A DNA stretch of 64,000 bases from Longimicrobiales bacterium (GCA_965238005.1 OZ250165.1:3360001-3424000); one strand, 5' to 3'; counted from the stretch's first letter, positions 1 through 9,093 are shown. Notes: a model not told the origin generated them from the sequence alone. A program made the numbers and translations.

Positions 1-889
1 TCAGCGGGCGGATCTGCCCGGCTTCCGCAAGGGCGGTAATCTCCCGCATGATCTGGCCGTGCGCGGCCGCGCCCGTCCCATGCAACAATGGCATCAGCAT
101 CATGACGGCGATATGCTGCAATCCCTTTAGGTGCAAAGGCGTCAAATCCTGGGTCGAATTGGTCTGGCAGCTGATCACCGTGCCCTTCAGTTTGGCGGCG
201 GCCCAGGATTTTGGGATATTTTCACCTCCAACCGTATCATAGACGATATCGAAACCGGCTCCACCCGTATGGGCGACGACGTAGTCCTCAACGGTGTTTT
301 CCCGATAGTTGATGGGAATGGCGCCAAACTCGCTGACCACGGCGGCCTTTTCCGGGCCGGATACGGTGGCGTAGACCTTGGCCCTCCGGGCGATGGCAAT
401 CTGTATGGCGACATGGCCGACACCGCCCGCGCCCGCGTGCACCAGAACAGTCTGGCCCCGGCCTAAATTGGCGCCATCGACAAGGCCTTCCCAGGCGGTC
501 AGACAGACAAGGGGTAGTGCCGCGGCTTCCACCATGGACAGATTGGTCGGCTTCGGCGCAAGAAAGTCAGCATCACAGGCCATGAATTCGGCCAAGGCCC
601 CGCCCGTACCCTTGACCCCGCCGGCACAGCCATAGACCTCTTCGCCTACCGCGAAACCGCTGACATCGGCGCCAACCGCCTCCACCACGCCGGCCACATC
701 GCCCTGTAGCACGGCGGGCATATCGGGGCCCAAAGGCGGACCAAGCTTGCGGATCTTCCAATCCACCGGATTGACCGAAGTCGCCGCGACCCGCACCAGA
801 ACCTGGCTGGGGCCGATCCGTGGCACCGGGATATCCGCCGCTTCGAAGACCGACGGTGCGCCGCTTTCGCGGATGATCATTGCTTTCAT
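1..889 (-). CDS. MDR-superfamily NADPH:quinone oxidoreductase / zinc-binding alcohol dehydrogenase family protein (3' end runs off the window)
   Basis: Not in the ORF track. Manual translation from ATG at 889 gives MKAMIIRESGAPSVFEAADIPVP...VRVAATSVNPVDWK...GDVAGVVEAVG...VHAGAGGVGHVAIQ...FDIVYDTVGG, open to position 1. Confidence 0.85.
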   Translation of the reverse strand, partial: MKAMIIRESGAPSVFEAADIPVPRIGPSQVLVRVAATSVNPVDWKIRKLGPPLGPDMPAVLQGDVAGVVEAVGADVSGFAVGEEVYGCAGGVKGTGGALAEFMACDADFLAPKPTNLSMVEAAALPLVCLTAWEGLVDGANLGRGQTVLVHAGAGGVGHVAIQIAIARRAKVYATVSGPEKAAVVSEFGAIPINYRENTVEDYVVAHTGGAGFDIVYDTVGGENIPKSWAAAKLKGTVISCQTNSTQDLTPLHLKGLQHIAVMMLMPLLHGTGAAAHGQIMREITALAEAGQIRPL

Positions 890-940
890 AATCCCGGATC
901 CTGAATGGGAGGGGCGATATAGGTTCCCGTCTTACGTCAA

Positions 941-1013
941 AGCTGGCGAACGGACTCGAACCGTTAACCTGCTGCTTACAAGGCAGCTGCTCTGCCAATT
1001 GAGCTACGCCAGC
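941..1013 (-). tRNA. tRNA-Thr (anticodon UGU); CCA not encoded
   Basis: GCTGGCGTAGCTCAATTGGCAGAGCAGCTGCCTTGTAAGCAGCAGGTTAACGGTTCGAGTCCGTTCGCCAGCT shows an acceptor stem, D arm, GCTGC/GCAGC anticodon stem with loop CTTGTAA, and a GGTTCGAGTCC T arm. Confidence 0.95.
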
Positions 1014-1283
1014 AAACAATTGTCACACAGCAGGTTAGCACATCCTGCCGTGTTCACACGTGGGACTGAGTCACCAGAAAGTCACCGTGCGACCCACCGT
1101 CGGGCGCTTTCCTATGATGCCGGGCCTGTGGTTTCTAATGGCCACCCAGTGCATCTGCTCCCAAGGTAACAACCGGGAGGGCGGCGATCTACATCGAAGA
1201 GGGAGCCTTGAACGGCTCGCTACGAGTCAGTCGCTCCAGACGGCCATCGGAGCCTCCGTTCGAGGGCGAGAGCAAGGCGTCCT

Positions 1284-4200
1284 TCAAGGCACCACCGTCA
1301 CTTGGAACGTGGGCGCCGCCACAATCCCCGTCACCGACTGCGCCAGCGCCGCCGCCGGAATCGTCGCCGTGATGGTCTCCGCCGCCGCGATGTCGTACGT
1401 CGCCACCGCCGGCAACGTGATCGTCACCAGCGTGGCACTCGTCCGCACCACGTCCGTCACCGCCAGCGCCGGCTTCACCCGGGCGTTCCACCCGTTGGTC
1501 TCCCCCTGCGCCGACGTCAGCCCGTCGATGATCGCTTGCCGCTGCGGGTTGAACGCGGTGACCCACGTATCATCCGTCAACGTCAGAAGGATGGTCGACC
1601 CGCCCGCCTGGATGTCCGTCTCGTTGTCGTCCGTGACCGTCCCCGTCAACGCCGCGGTCCCCGCTGCCACCGTCACCTGGAACGTGGGCGCCACCACAAT
1701 CCCCGTCCCCGATTGCACCAGTGCCGCCGGAATCGTCGCCGTGATGGTCTCCGTCGCCGTGATGTCGTACGTCGCCACCGCCGGCAACGTGATCGTCACC
1801 AGCGTGGCACTGGTCCGCACCACGTCCTTCACCGCCAGCGCCGGCTTCACCCGGGCGTTCCACCCGTTGGTCTCCCCCTGCGCCGACGTCAGCCCGTCGA
1901 TGATCGCTTGCCGCTGCGCGTTGAACGCGGTGACCCACGTATCATCCGTCAACGTCAGAAGGATGGTCGATCCGCCCGCCTGGATGTCCGTCTCGCTGTC
2001 GTCCGTCACCGTCAACGCCGCGGTCCCCGCTGCCACCGTCACCTGGAACGTGGGCGCCGCCATAATCCCCGTCCCCGATTGCACCAGCGCCGCCGCCGGA
2101 ATCGTCGCCGTGATCGTCTCCGCCGCCGTGATGTCGTACGTCGCCACCGCCGGCAACGTGATCGTCACCAGCGTGGCACTGGTCCGCACCACGTCCGTCA
2201 CCGCCAGCGCCGGCTTCACCCGGGCGTTCCACCCGTTGGTCTCCCCCTGCGCCGACGTCAGCCCGTCGATGATCGCCTGCCGCTGCGGGTTGAACGCGGT
2301 GACCCACGTATCATCCGTCAACGTCAGAAGGATGGTCGACCCGCCCGCCCGGATGTCGGTCTCGCTGTCGTCCGTCACCGTCCCCGTCAACGCCACGGTC
2401 CCCGCTGCCACCGTCACCTGGAACGTGGGCGCCGCCATAATCCCCGTCCCCGATTGCACCAGCGCCGCCGCCGGAATCGTCGCCGTGATCGTCTCATTGG
2501 CCGTGATGTCGTACGTCGCCACCGCCGGCAACGTGATCGTCACCAGCGTGGCGCTGGTCCGCACCACGTCCGTCACCGCCAGCGACGGCTTCACCCGGGC
2601 GTTCCACTGGTTGGTCTCCCCCCGCGCCGACGTCAGCCCGTCGATGATCGCCTGCCGCTGCCCGTCGAATGTCGCCCCCCCCGCCACCCACGTGTCGTGA
2701 GTCAAGGTCAGCTCGATCGTCGACCCGCCCGCCTGGATGTCCGTCTCACTATCGTCAGTCACCGTCCCCGTCAACGCCGCGGTTCGCGCCCCCTCGGGCA
2801 AGGCGAAAATTGTGGCACTTCCTGAGTTGTTGCTCGGGTCGTCCACCTGGTGCTCCAACTGGGAGGCCGTGGCCGTGTTCGTGAGCGTCTCGCCGGCGAA
2901 GCCCTTGACCACCACGGCCGTTACCGTGAGGCGCGTCAGAGAGCCCGGCGCCAGACTCCGAATTGTCCACTCGCCGGAGTTCCGATCGAAGCCCGCGTCG
3001 GCCGAAACCAGCTGGAAACCATCGGGCAGGTGCTCGGTGACCACGATCTGGTCAGCCCGGTCGGGCCCAACGTTGAGGACGGAGATCGTGAACACGACCT
3101 CCTCCGACTCAATGGCCTCGGCCCGGTCGGCTTTCTTGGTCACGACGATGTCGGCAACCCGTCGGCCCACGTCCACGAAGGCGAAAGCCTCGTTGTTCTC
3201 GGGATCGTCACCCTGCTCGGTCAGCTGGGCAGCCGAAGCCACGTTCTCCAGCGTCTCACCTCCGGTCCCCTCACCCACGGTGGCGTCGATGCTTAGTGTA
3301 GCGGATTCCCCATTCGTGAGGGTTCCCAAGTCCCAGGCGCCAGTCGCCGCGGAATAGCTCCCGCGGGACGGCGTCACGGTCTCGAACAGCAAGCCGGCGG
3401 GCTGGCGGTCGGACACGGTGACGCCGGTCGCCGTCGCCGGGCCGTTATTGACCACCGTAACGGTGAAGGTCACCTGGTCCCCCTCCAGCGCCGTCGGTCT
3501 GTCCACTTCCTTGCTCACGGCGATGTCGGCCGTGGGGAGCGTTACCTCGAAGTCTTCACTGGCAGCGGGATTGAGACCCTGGGCGGTGGCCAAGAGGCGG
3601 TATAGTCCCCCTTCGGGAATCACCAGACCTTCGAAGGTGGCAAGCCCCTCCACGGCATCGACCGTCGTGGTTCCGCTTAGATCGGCGGTCTGCGGAGCGC
3701 CCACGACGCCCGGAGCGGCGGCGCCCACGACGCCCGGAGCGGCGGCGCCCACGACGCCCGGAGCGGCGGCGGCCACGACGCCCGGAGCGGCGGCGGCCAC
3801 GACGCCCGGAGCGGCGGCGGCCACGACGCCCGGAGCGGCGGCGGCCACGACGCCCGGAGCGGCGGCGGCCACGACGCCCGGAGCGGCGGCGGCCACGACG
3901 GCCGCGGTGTGATCCTGCAGTTCCACGGTTACCGGACCTCCGTAGCTCGCAACGCGGTCACGCCGGACGTCCACAACCTCCACACTAGGCGCGGGGTCCA
4001 GCGACTCGCCGGCCTCCATCGAGCCCGGCTGGCTGAAGAAGGCTAAACCTGTCGGTCGGGCCAGAACCACGACGTTGATGTGGTCTTGGTGACCTCCAGC
4101 GATCACGGTGACATCCGTCGTACCGGGCTGTAGCGCCTGGAGGAACCCGCCGTCGGTCACGGTGGCGATGGAGGGATCCGCGCTCTCCCACATCAAGGTC

Positions 4201-4736
4201 GGGGTGGCTGGCTGGTTCGTCTGGACACGGGCCTGGAGCTGTAGTCCGTCGCTTTCCGTCACGGGGTCGATAGCAACCCCGGTTACGGCCGTCACGAAGA
4301 GGTTGGCAGGGAGACCCGGGACCACCGTGACCTCCTGGACGGAGGTCGTCGAGACCGTGAGGGTGAAGTCCTGCGTGATCCCTGAAAACAAGGTCACCTC
4401 GAATCCGTTCTCGACGGCGATGAGCTCCGAGAGGATATACAGGAGACCGTCGACCATCTCGACCTCGCAGCTGATAACCCAGACGTCTAGGTTCGGATCT
4501 ACCTCCTCGACACACACCTGCACGATGGAATCGTCCGACAGCCGCTTGATCGTGATCCGGATCCGCGTGATGTCCTGAGTCTGATCAGCTGTCGTACCCT
4601 GGGGGAACACCGTATTCAGGGCCACGACCGCGCTTCCGGCAGGCGCCTGGCCTACGGGAGACGACCCGTCCGAGCAAGAGTAGACCAGGAAGAGAGAGAC
4701 GAGACCCCAAAGGGCCAGGAACCGTCGTTGTGTCAT
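1284..4736 (-). CDS. Large surface lipoprotein: Ig-like (Big_2-type) domain, two DUF11-like domains, Ala/Pro/Val linker and four C-terminal ~125-aa repeats
   Basis: Signal peptide MTQRRFLALWGLVSLFLVYSC ends in a lipobox-like Cys. WESADPSIATV..G is a Big_2-like motif. ADIAVSKEVD...VTFTVTVVNNGP and ADIVVTKKAD...NVGPD are DUF11-like. The start could also be 4745 or 4754. Confidence 0.8.
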   Translation of the reverse strand: MTQRRFLALWGLVSLFLVYSCSDGSSPVGQAPAGSAVVALNTVFPQGTTADQTQDITRIRITIKRLSDDSIVQVCVEEVDPNLDVWVISCEVEMVDGLLYILSELIAVENGFEVTLFSGITQDFTLTVSTTSVQEVTVVPGLPANLFVTAVTGVAIDPVTESDGLQLQARVQTNQPATPTLMWESADPSIATVTDGGFLQALQPGTTDVTVIAGGHQDHINVVVLARPTGLAFFSQPGSMEAGESLDPAPSVEVVDVRRDRVASYGGPVTVELQDHTAAVVAAAAPGVVAAAAPGVVAAAAPGVVAAAAPGVVAAAAPGVVAAAAPGVVGAAAPGVVGAAAPGVVGAPQTADLSGTTTVDAVEGLATFEGLVIPEGGLYRLLATAQGLNPAASEDFEVTLPTADIAVSKEVDRPTALEGDQVTFTVTVVNNGPATATGVTVSDRQPAGLLFETVTPSRGSYSAATGAWDLGTLTNGESATLSIDATVGEGTGGETLENVASAAQLTEQGDDPENNEAFAFVDVGRRVADIVVTKKADRAEAIESEEVVFTISVLNVGPDRADQIVVTEHLPDGFQLVSADAGFDRNSGEWTIRSLAPGSLTRLTVTAVVVKGFAGETLTNTATASQLEHQVDDPSNNSGSATIFALPEGARTAALTGTVTDDSETDIQAGGSTIELTLTHDTWVAGGATFDGQRQAIIDGLTSARGETNQWNARVKPSLAVTDVVRTSATLVTITLPAVATYDITANETITATIPAAALVQSGTGIMAAPTFQVTVAAGTVALTGTVTDDSETDIRAGGSTILLTLTDDTWVTAFNPQRQAIIDGLTSAQGETNGWNARVKPALAVTDVVRTSATLVTITLPAVATYDITAAETITATIPAAALVQSGTGIMAAPTFQVTVAAGTAALTVTDDSETDIQAGGSTILLTLTDDTWVTAFNAQRQAIIDGLTSAQGETNGWNARVKPALAVKDVVRTSATLVTITLPAVATYDITATETITATIPAALVQSGTGIVVAPTFQVTVAAGTAALTGTVTDDNETDIQAGGSTILLTLTDDTWVTAFNPQRQAIIDGLTSAQGETNGWNARVKPALAVTDVVRTSATLVTITLPAVATYDIAAAETITATIPAAALAQSVTGIVAAPTFQVTVVP
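1287..2783 (-). repeat. Four tandem near-identical coding repeats of about 370 bp (1287-1658, 1659-2024, 2025-2399, 2400-2783)
   Basis: The unit TAALTGTVTDDSETDIQAGGSTILLTLTDDTW...APTFQVTV recurs four times. Confidence 0.9.
3697..3900 (-). repeat. 24-bp tandem repeat (about 8.5 copies) encoding (A/G)AAAPGVV
   Basis: The unit cggagcggcggcggccacgacgcc repeats head-to-tail with no spacers. Confidence 0.95.
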
Positions 4737-5337
4737 GGGGACCATTGTTGTCAAGAAAGCGGAGGCTCGCTTCCTCTACAGGTGTTTCCTTCAATCTGGC
4801 ATCCGGGCGGGTCAACCGGCAACAATCTTAGGGCGATCTGGCCGGTTGCGTTAAACATATGGCGCGAAGACCGGACCTCGATCACACCACAGTTAACAAG
4901 TCACTAAGTGGCTTATGGTAGGGATATGATGGGGATGATGCCGGGGTAGGACGGCTGCAGTTCTTGTCCCGCCCGGATATGGTGGACTGGTGGGGCAGTA
5001 GTAATATCCCGCCTACCGCACCGCCGATAAGAGTGACCGGTAGCGCGTGGCATTTCTCGCGCCCCTTTAGCCTCCTCCACACGTTCCGCTATGAGATTCG
5101 GCCTAGTACTCCAGAGGCGGAGATCCGTAGCATCATCGTGGGAACCTGCTAACACCGGAACCCCGCTCCTAGGTATCGGCCCTGACGTCTTAAGTCGGAT
5201 CCGGGGCCCTTAAGCATCGCCCCTGAGACCTTAGGTCGGGATTCGTCACCGTTGACGACATGACCTCCGGACCTGTCGTCCGAAGTCCCTGATCCCTGGT
5301 CCTCGGAACCCCCTCCGAGACCCTCCAATCTGGTCAT

Positions 5338-5375
5338 TTACAAGGCAGCTGCTCTGCCAATTGAGCTACGCCAGC
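5338..5375 (-). pseudogene. 5' half of tRNA-Thr(UGU), ending at the end of the anticodon loop (att-like fragment)
   Basis: GCTGGCGTAGCTCAATTGGCAGAGCAGCTGCCTTGTAA is a 38/38 match to 976-1013. No 3' half follows. Confidence 0.85.
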
Positions 5376-5389
5376 GAAAGCTGGATCTA

Positions 5390-5417
5390 ATTCTACTCCG
5401 TCCGTCGGGAACCACAA
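5390..5417 (-). promoter_or_regulatory. Putative sigma70-type promoter upstream of the tRNA 5' fragment
   Basis: TTGTGG-16 nt-TAGAAT on the minus strand, with the -10 element 14 nt before the fragment. Confidence 0.4.
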
Positions 5418-5421
5418 AGGT

Positions 5422-6855
5422 TCATCGCACGATCTTCCAGCGCGTCCCGGCTGCCGAGTCCTCCAAGACGATTCTCTTCTCCGCCAGCTCGTCCCTGATG
5501 GCATCCGCGCGCTGGAAGTCCCGGCTCTCCCGGGCGGCCTTTCGCTCTTCGATGAGCGACTCGACCCAGGCCTCCACGTCCTCGTCCACGTGCCGCCCCT
5601 CCCGGGCCACGGCCAAGAGACCCAGGACCTGGTCCAGGGACGCCAGCGCCCGACGGGCCGCCGTGAGGTCCCCCTCCGAGATCCCGTCGGCGGCGTCCAA
5701 CTCGCTGTTGGTGCGGTTCACGAAGACGAATAAGGCCGCCAGAGCCTCGGCTGAGTTGAGGTCGTCGTCCATGGCTTCCCGGAAGGCGTCGACGGCCTCT
5801 TCCGCGATGCGGCCGGGAGCCCCGTCATCCGCCCCGCCGGACGCCTCCGTCTCGTTGAGGCGTGCCTCGAAGTCCAGGAGCCGCTGGATGGTGGCACCCG
5901 AGGCCTCCAAGCTGTCCCGAGTGAAGTTCAGCTCGCGTCTGTACTGGGCGCTCATGAGCTGGTGACGGATGGCCGCCGGCTCGATCCCGTCCTCGATGAG
6001 CTCGCGCATGGTGATGGTGTTGCCAAGGGACTTCGACATCTTCTCGCCCTCGACGATGAGGTGTTTGATGTGCACCCAATGGCGTGCGAAAGGCTTCCCC
6101 GTGACTCCTTCTGATTGGGCGATCTCGTTCTCGTGATGGGGAAACACCAGGTCTTCACCGCCCATGTGGATGTCCAGGGTCTCTCCCAGCTCGGCGATGC
6201 TCATGACCGAGCACTCCAGGTGCCATCCCGGACGTCCCCTTCCCCAGGGCGAGTCCCACGCGGCGCCTACCTCCTCATCTACGGGCTTGGCGGCCTTCCA
6301 GAGTGCGAAGTCCCTTGCGTCCTCCTTTTCGTAGTCGTCCTCGGCCACCCGGGCACCGGGCCGGGCAGCGTCCGGGTCCAGCCCCTTGAGGCGTCCGTAC
6401 GCGGGGAAAGAGCCGATGGCGAAGTAGACCGATCCGTCCTCCGCGCCGTACGCCAGCCCCTTCTGCTCCAGCTTCTCGACCCAGGCCACCATGTGCGGGA
6501 CATATTGGGTGGCCAGCGGGTAGCTTCGGGCAGGAAGGATGCCAAGGGTGCGCGCGTCGGCGAGAATCTGCTCGCTGAAGGGCGCGGTGTAGTCCGTGAT
6601 CTTCCTCCCCGCCTCAGCCGCCCGCTCGATGGTCCGGTCGTCCACGTCGGTGAGGTTCATGACGAAGTGGACATCGTACCCGGACCACGTCAGGTAGCGA
6701 TAGAGCAGGTCGTAGACCAGGAAGCTCCTGTAGTTGCCGATGTGGGCGTAGTCGTAGACCGTGGGCCCGCAGGCGTAGAGCCGCACATGCGGCGGATTCA
6801 AGGGCTCGAAGCTCTTCACCGTGCGGGTCAGCGTGTCGTAGAGTTTCAGGGCCAT
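5422..6855 (-). CDS. cysS: Cysteinyl-tRNA synthetase
   Basis: CGPTVY, HIGN, GRPGWHLECS, DIHMGGEDLVFPHHENE and KMSKS motifs. Confidence 0.98.
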   Translation of the reverse strand: MALKLYDTLTRTVKSFEPLNPPHVRLYACGPTVYDYAHIGNYRSFLVYDLLYRYLTWSGYDVHFVMNLTDVDDRTIERAAEAGRKITDYTAPFSEQILADARTLGILPARSYPLATQYVPHMVAWVEKLEQKGLAYGAEDGSVYFAIGSFPAYGRLKGLDPDAARPGARVAEDDYEKEDARDFALWKAAKPVDEEVGAAWDSPWGRGRPGWHLECSVMSIAELGETLDIHMGGEDLVFPHHENEIAQSEGVTGKPFARHWVHIKHLIVEGEKMSKSLGNTITMRELIEDGIEPAAIRHQLMSAQYRRELNFTRDSLEASGATIQRLLDFEARLNETEASGGADDGAPGRIAEEAVDAFREAMDDDLNSAEALAALFVFVNRTNSELDAADGISEGDLTAARRALASLDQVLGLLAVAREGRHVDEDVEAWVESLIEERKAARESRDFQRADAIRDELAEKRIVLEDSAAGTRWKIVR

Positions 6856-6910
6856 GGGCCACCGTCGGTCAGGGTTGATGCCGGCTGTAGCGGCCGGTGA
6901 GAATAGGGTC

Positions 6911-7357
6911 TTACGACCGTGACAGGGGCAAGACGCGGAGCTCGGTCACCAGCCAATCGCCGTCTTCCGAGACGAAGGCGACGAAGACCGTCCTGGCGAG
7001 CACATCCGACGTACCCTGAATGCGAGACTCCCACCGGATCTCCGCGTATCCCTTGGGAGGGTCTCCCCCCACTTCTTCGACCCGGGTCACTCGGCTTGCG
7101 AAGCCTTCCCTGCTCCCGAGGTATTCCCGGAGAGAGGCTCCCGCATGGCGCGGATTGAGGGTGCCCACTTGCCGCGCCTCGAACTGTAGGCGCACGCCAC
7201 CCCGAGAGAAGCTCCCCTCGAGGCTCGAGACCTCGGCGGCCCCCCACCGTCTCGCGAATGTCGACGCGGCCTCTTCGAGGGATTGGCCGAGGCACGCGCT
7301 GGACGGGATCCCGAGAGCCACAAAGAATCCGACGAGCAACCGCCGCGAGGCCCTCAT
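6911..7357 (-). CDS. Secreted hypothetical protein (possibly NTF2-like fold)
   Basis: ATG at 7357 overlaps the pyrF stop (ATGA). Signal-peptide-like MRASRRLLVGFFVALG; ends ..DGDWLVTELRVL. Confidence 0.6.
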   Translation of the reverse strand: MRASRRLLVGFFVALGIPSSACLGQSLEEAASTFARRWGAAEVSSLEGSFSRGGVRLQFEARQVGTLNPRHAGASLREYLGSREGFASRVTRVEEVGGDPPKGYAEIRWESRIQGTSDVLARTVFVAFVSEDGDWLVTELRVLPLSRS

Positions 7358-8121
7358 GCGCTGGTCACGTCCGTCGGGGTCTCCGCCGGTGCGCCGGGCT
7401 GCGCTCCGGCCTTCGACCCTGACGGCGACTCCGCCGGCGGCTCCGCCTGGCCGCGCACCAAGGCGAGAGCTTCCACCGGATCGGGGGCACGGGTGATCGA
7501 CCGGCCGACCACCAGATAGTCGGCACCGGCGTCGGCAGCCTCGATAGGCGTGGCAAACCGGGCCTGATCGTGGTGATCGTCGTCCCCGAGGCGGATGCCC
7601 GGGGTCACGACCAACAGGTCGGATCCCAAGAGCCGCTTGAGCGGGCGAGCCTCCATGGGTGACGCCACCACCCCACCCACACCCGCCTCCTTCGCCATCC
7701 CGGCGAGCCGTACGACCTCGTCCCGGAGGGAGCCCAGCTCCCGGCCCCACGCCGCCTCTACGTCAGGTACCGACATGGAGGTCAGGACCGTCACACCGAG
7801 CAGCGTGAGCGCTCCACCGGCAGCCTCGGCGGCAGCCGTCATCATGGGCACGCCACCCGTGGTGTGCACGGTGAGGAAGTCCACACCGAGCTCCCGTGCG
7901 GCGCTGACCGACCTCGCCACCGTGTTCGGAATGTCGTGCAACTTGAGATCGAGGAAGACTCTCTTGTCCCTCTGGGTCAGGGCCTCCACAACCTCCGGTC
8001 CCTCTCGGGAAAAGAGCTCGAGCCCCACCTTGTAGAAGTCACCGGCGCTGCCCAGGGCGTCCACCAGATCCAGCGCTTCCTTGCCGGTGGCGTAGTCGAG
8101 GGCCACGATGACTTCGGCCAT
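7354..8121 (-). CDS. pyrF: Orotidine-5'-phosphate decarboxylase
   Basis: IVALD, KVGLEL, FLDLKLHDIPNT, VTPGIR and VVGRSI motifs. Confidence 0.97.
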   Translation of the reverse strand: MAEVIVALDYATGKEALDLVDALGSAGDFYKVGLELFSREGPEVVEALTQRDKRVFLDLKLHDIPNTVARSVSAARELGVDFLTVHTTGGVPMMTAAAEAAGGALTLLGVTVLTSMSVPDVEAAWGRELGSLRDEVVRLAGMAKEAGVGGVVASPMEARPLKRLLGSDLLVVTPGIRLGDDDHHDQARFATPIEAADAGADYLVVGRSITRAPDPVEALALVRGQAEPPAESPSGSKAGAQPGAPAETPTDVTSA

Positions 8122-8123
8122 GG

Positions 8124-9077
8124 TCAGTGCTCGCCTCCAGATGCTCCTACCGGGCTTTCCTTCCTCCCGAAGGCACCGACCAGGTACCGAATGTTGTCGA
8201 CGCCGGCGCCCTCACCGTAGTGGGCGAGACCCCTCACCACACGCTCGGCGGCCCGGGGGTCGGCAAAGGTGGCGGTTCCGATCTGCACCAGGGAAGCGCC
8301 GGCCAGGAGGTACTGGAGGGCGTCGTTCGCGTTGGTGATCCCACCCACACCCACGAGGGGGACCGACGTACGTTGCCGGGCACGGTACACCGCGTGGACC
8401 CCCACCGAGCGAAGGGCCGGGCCCGAGAGACCACCCGAACCCGCCCCGAGGGTGGCCCCACGCGTATCTACATCGATGATCAGACCGGGCATCGTGTTCA
8501 CCAGGGTGATCCCGTCCGCCCCGGCGGCCTCGGCCGCCTCCGCCACAGGGCCTATGTCCGGGACGTTGGGTGCGAGCTTGACGAGCATCGGGCGCTCCGT
8601 GAGCTCCCGCGCCCCCGTCACGACCTCGTGGAGCGCGTCGGGGTCCAGGGCGAACGGAAGTCCTCCCAGACGGGTGTCGTTTGGGCACGAGAGGTTGAGC
8701 TCGTAGCCGAGAAAGCCTCCGACCGCGTCGAGACCTTCCACGATGCGCCAATACTCGTCGGGAACATGCCCGGCCACACTCACGAAAACCTGGACACCGG
8801 TGAGATGCTCCTTTATCCAGGGCAGCTTCTCCTCGCACACCGTCTCCAGCCCCGGGTTGGCCAGGCCGATGGAGTTCAACATGGCGTTGCCGGCCTCGAC
8901 CACCCTGGGCGGCGGGTTCCCCGACCGAGGCTCCAGGGTAACCGACTTGGTTACGATTCCCCCGAGTGCGTTCAGATCGAGGACGTCCCGGAGCTCTTGG
9001 CCGAAACCGCAGGTGCCCGCCGCCAGGAGAACCGGGTTCTGGAAGCTCGCTCCGAAGAGTGTCTGGCCTAGTCGCAT
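8124..9077 (-). CDS. pyrD: Dihydroorotate dehydrogenase, family 1 catalytic subunit
   Basis: NPVLLAAGT, TKSVT, MLNSIGLANPG, ELNLSCPN, VKLAPN and GGLSG motifs. ATG at 9077. Confidence 0.93.
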   Translation of the reverse strand: MRLGQTLFGASFQNPVLLAAGTCGFGQELRDVLDLNALGGIVTKSVTLEPRSGNPPPRVVEAGNAMLNSIGLANPGLETVCEEKLPWIKEHLTGVQVFVSVAGHVPDEYWRIVEGLDAVGGFLGYELNLSCPNDTRLGGLPFALDPDALHEVVTGARELTERPMLVKLAPNVPDIGPVAEAAEAAGADGITLVNTMPGLIIDVDTRGATLGAGSGGLSGPALRSVGVHAVYRARQRTSVPLVGVGGITNANDALQYLLAGASLVQIGTATFADPRAAERVVRGLAHYGEGAGVDNIRYLVGAFGRKESPVGASGGEH

Positions 9078-9093
9078 GTGCCCATCGATGGAA

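Larger units (their letters stand above)
1014..5337. mobile_element. Putative integrase-less genomic island bounded by a 38-bp direct repeat of the tRNA-Thr 5' half
   Basis: 976-1013 is identical to 5338-5375. The interval holds one accessory surface-protein gene and non-coding DNA. Confidence 0.6.

Noticed and set aside
1060..2825. Long plus-strand ORFs (546 and 507 aa)
   Set aside because: They are antisense shadows of the repetitive lipoprotein gene; GC-rich repeats lack stop codons. The same applies to most other overlapping ORFs in the track.
3697..3900. Possible CRISPR array
   Set aside because: The units are contiguous with no unique spacers, lie in frame within a CDS, and no cas genes are present.
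4755..5375. Group I intron or split tRNA continuing from the tRNA 5' half
   Set aside because: No free 3' tRNA half lies downstream; the only 3' half is already part of the complete tRNA. I could not recognise intron core motifs.
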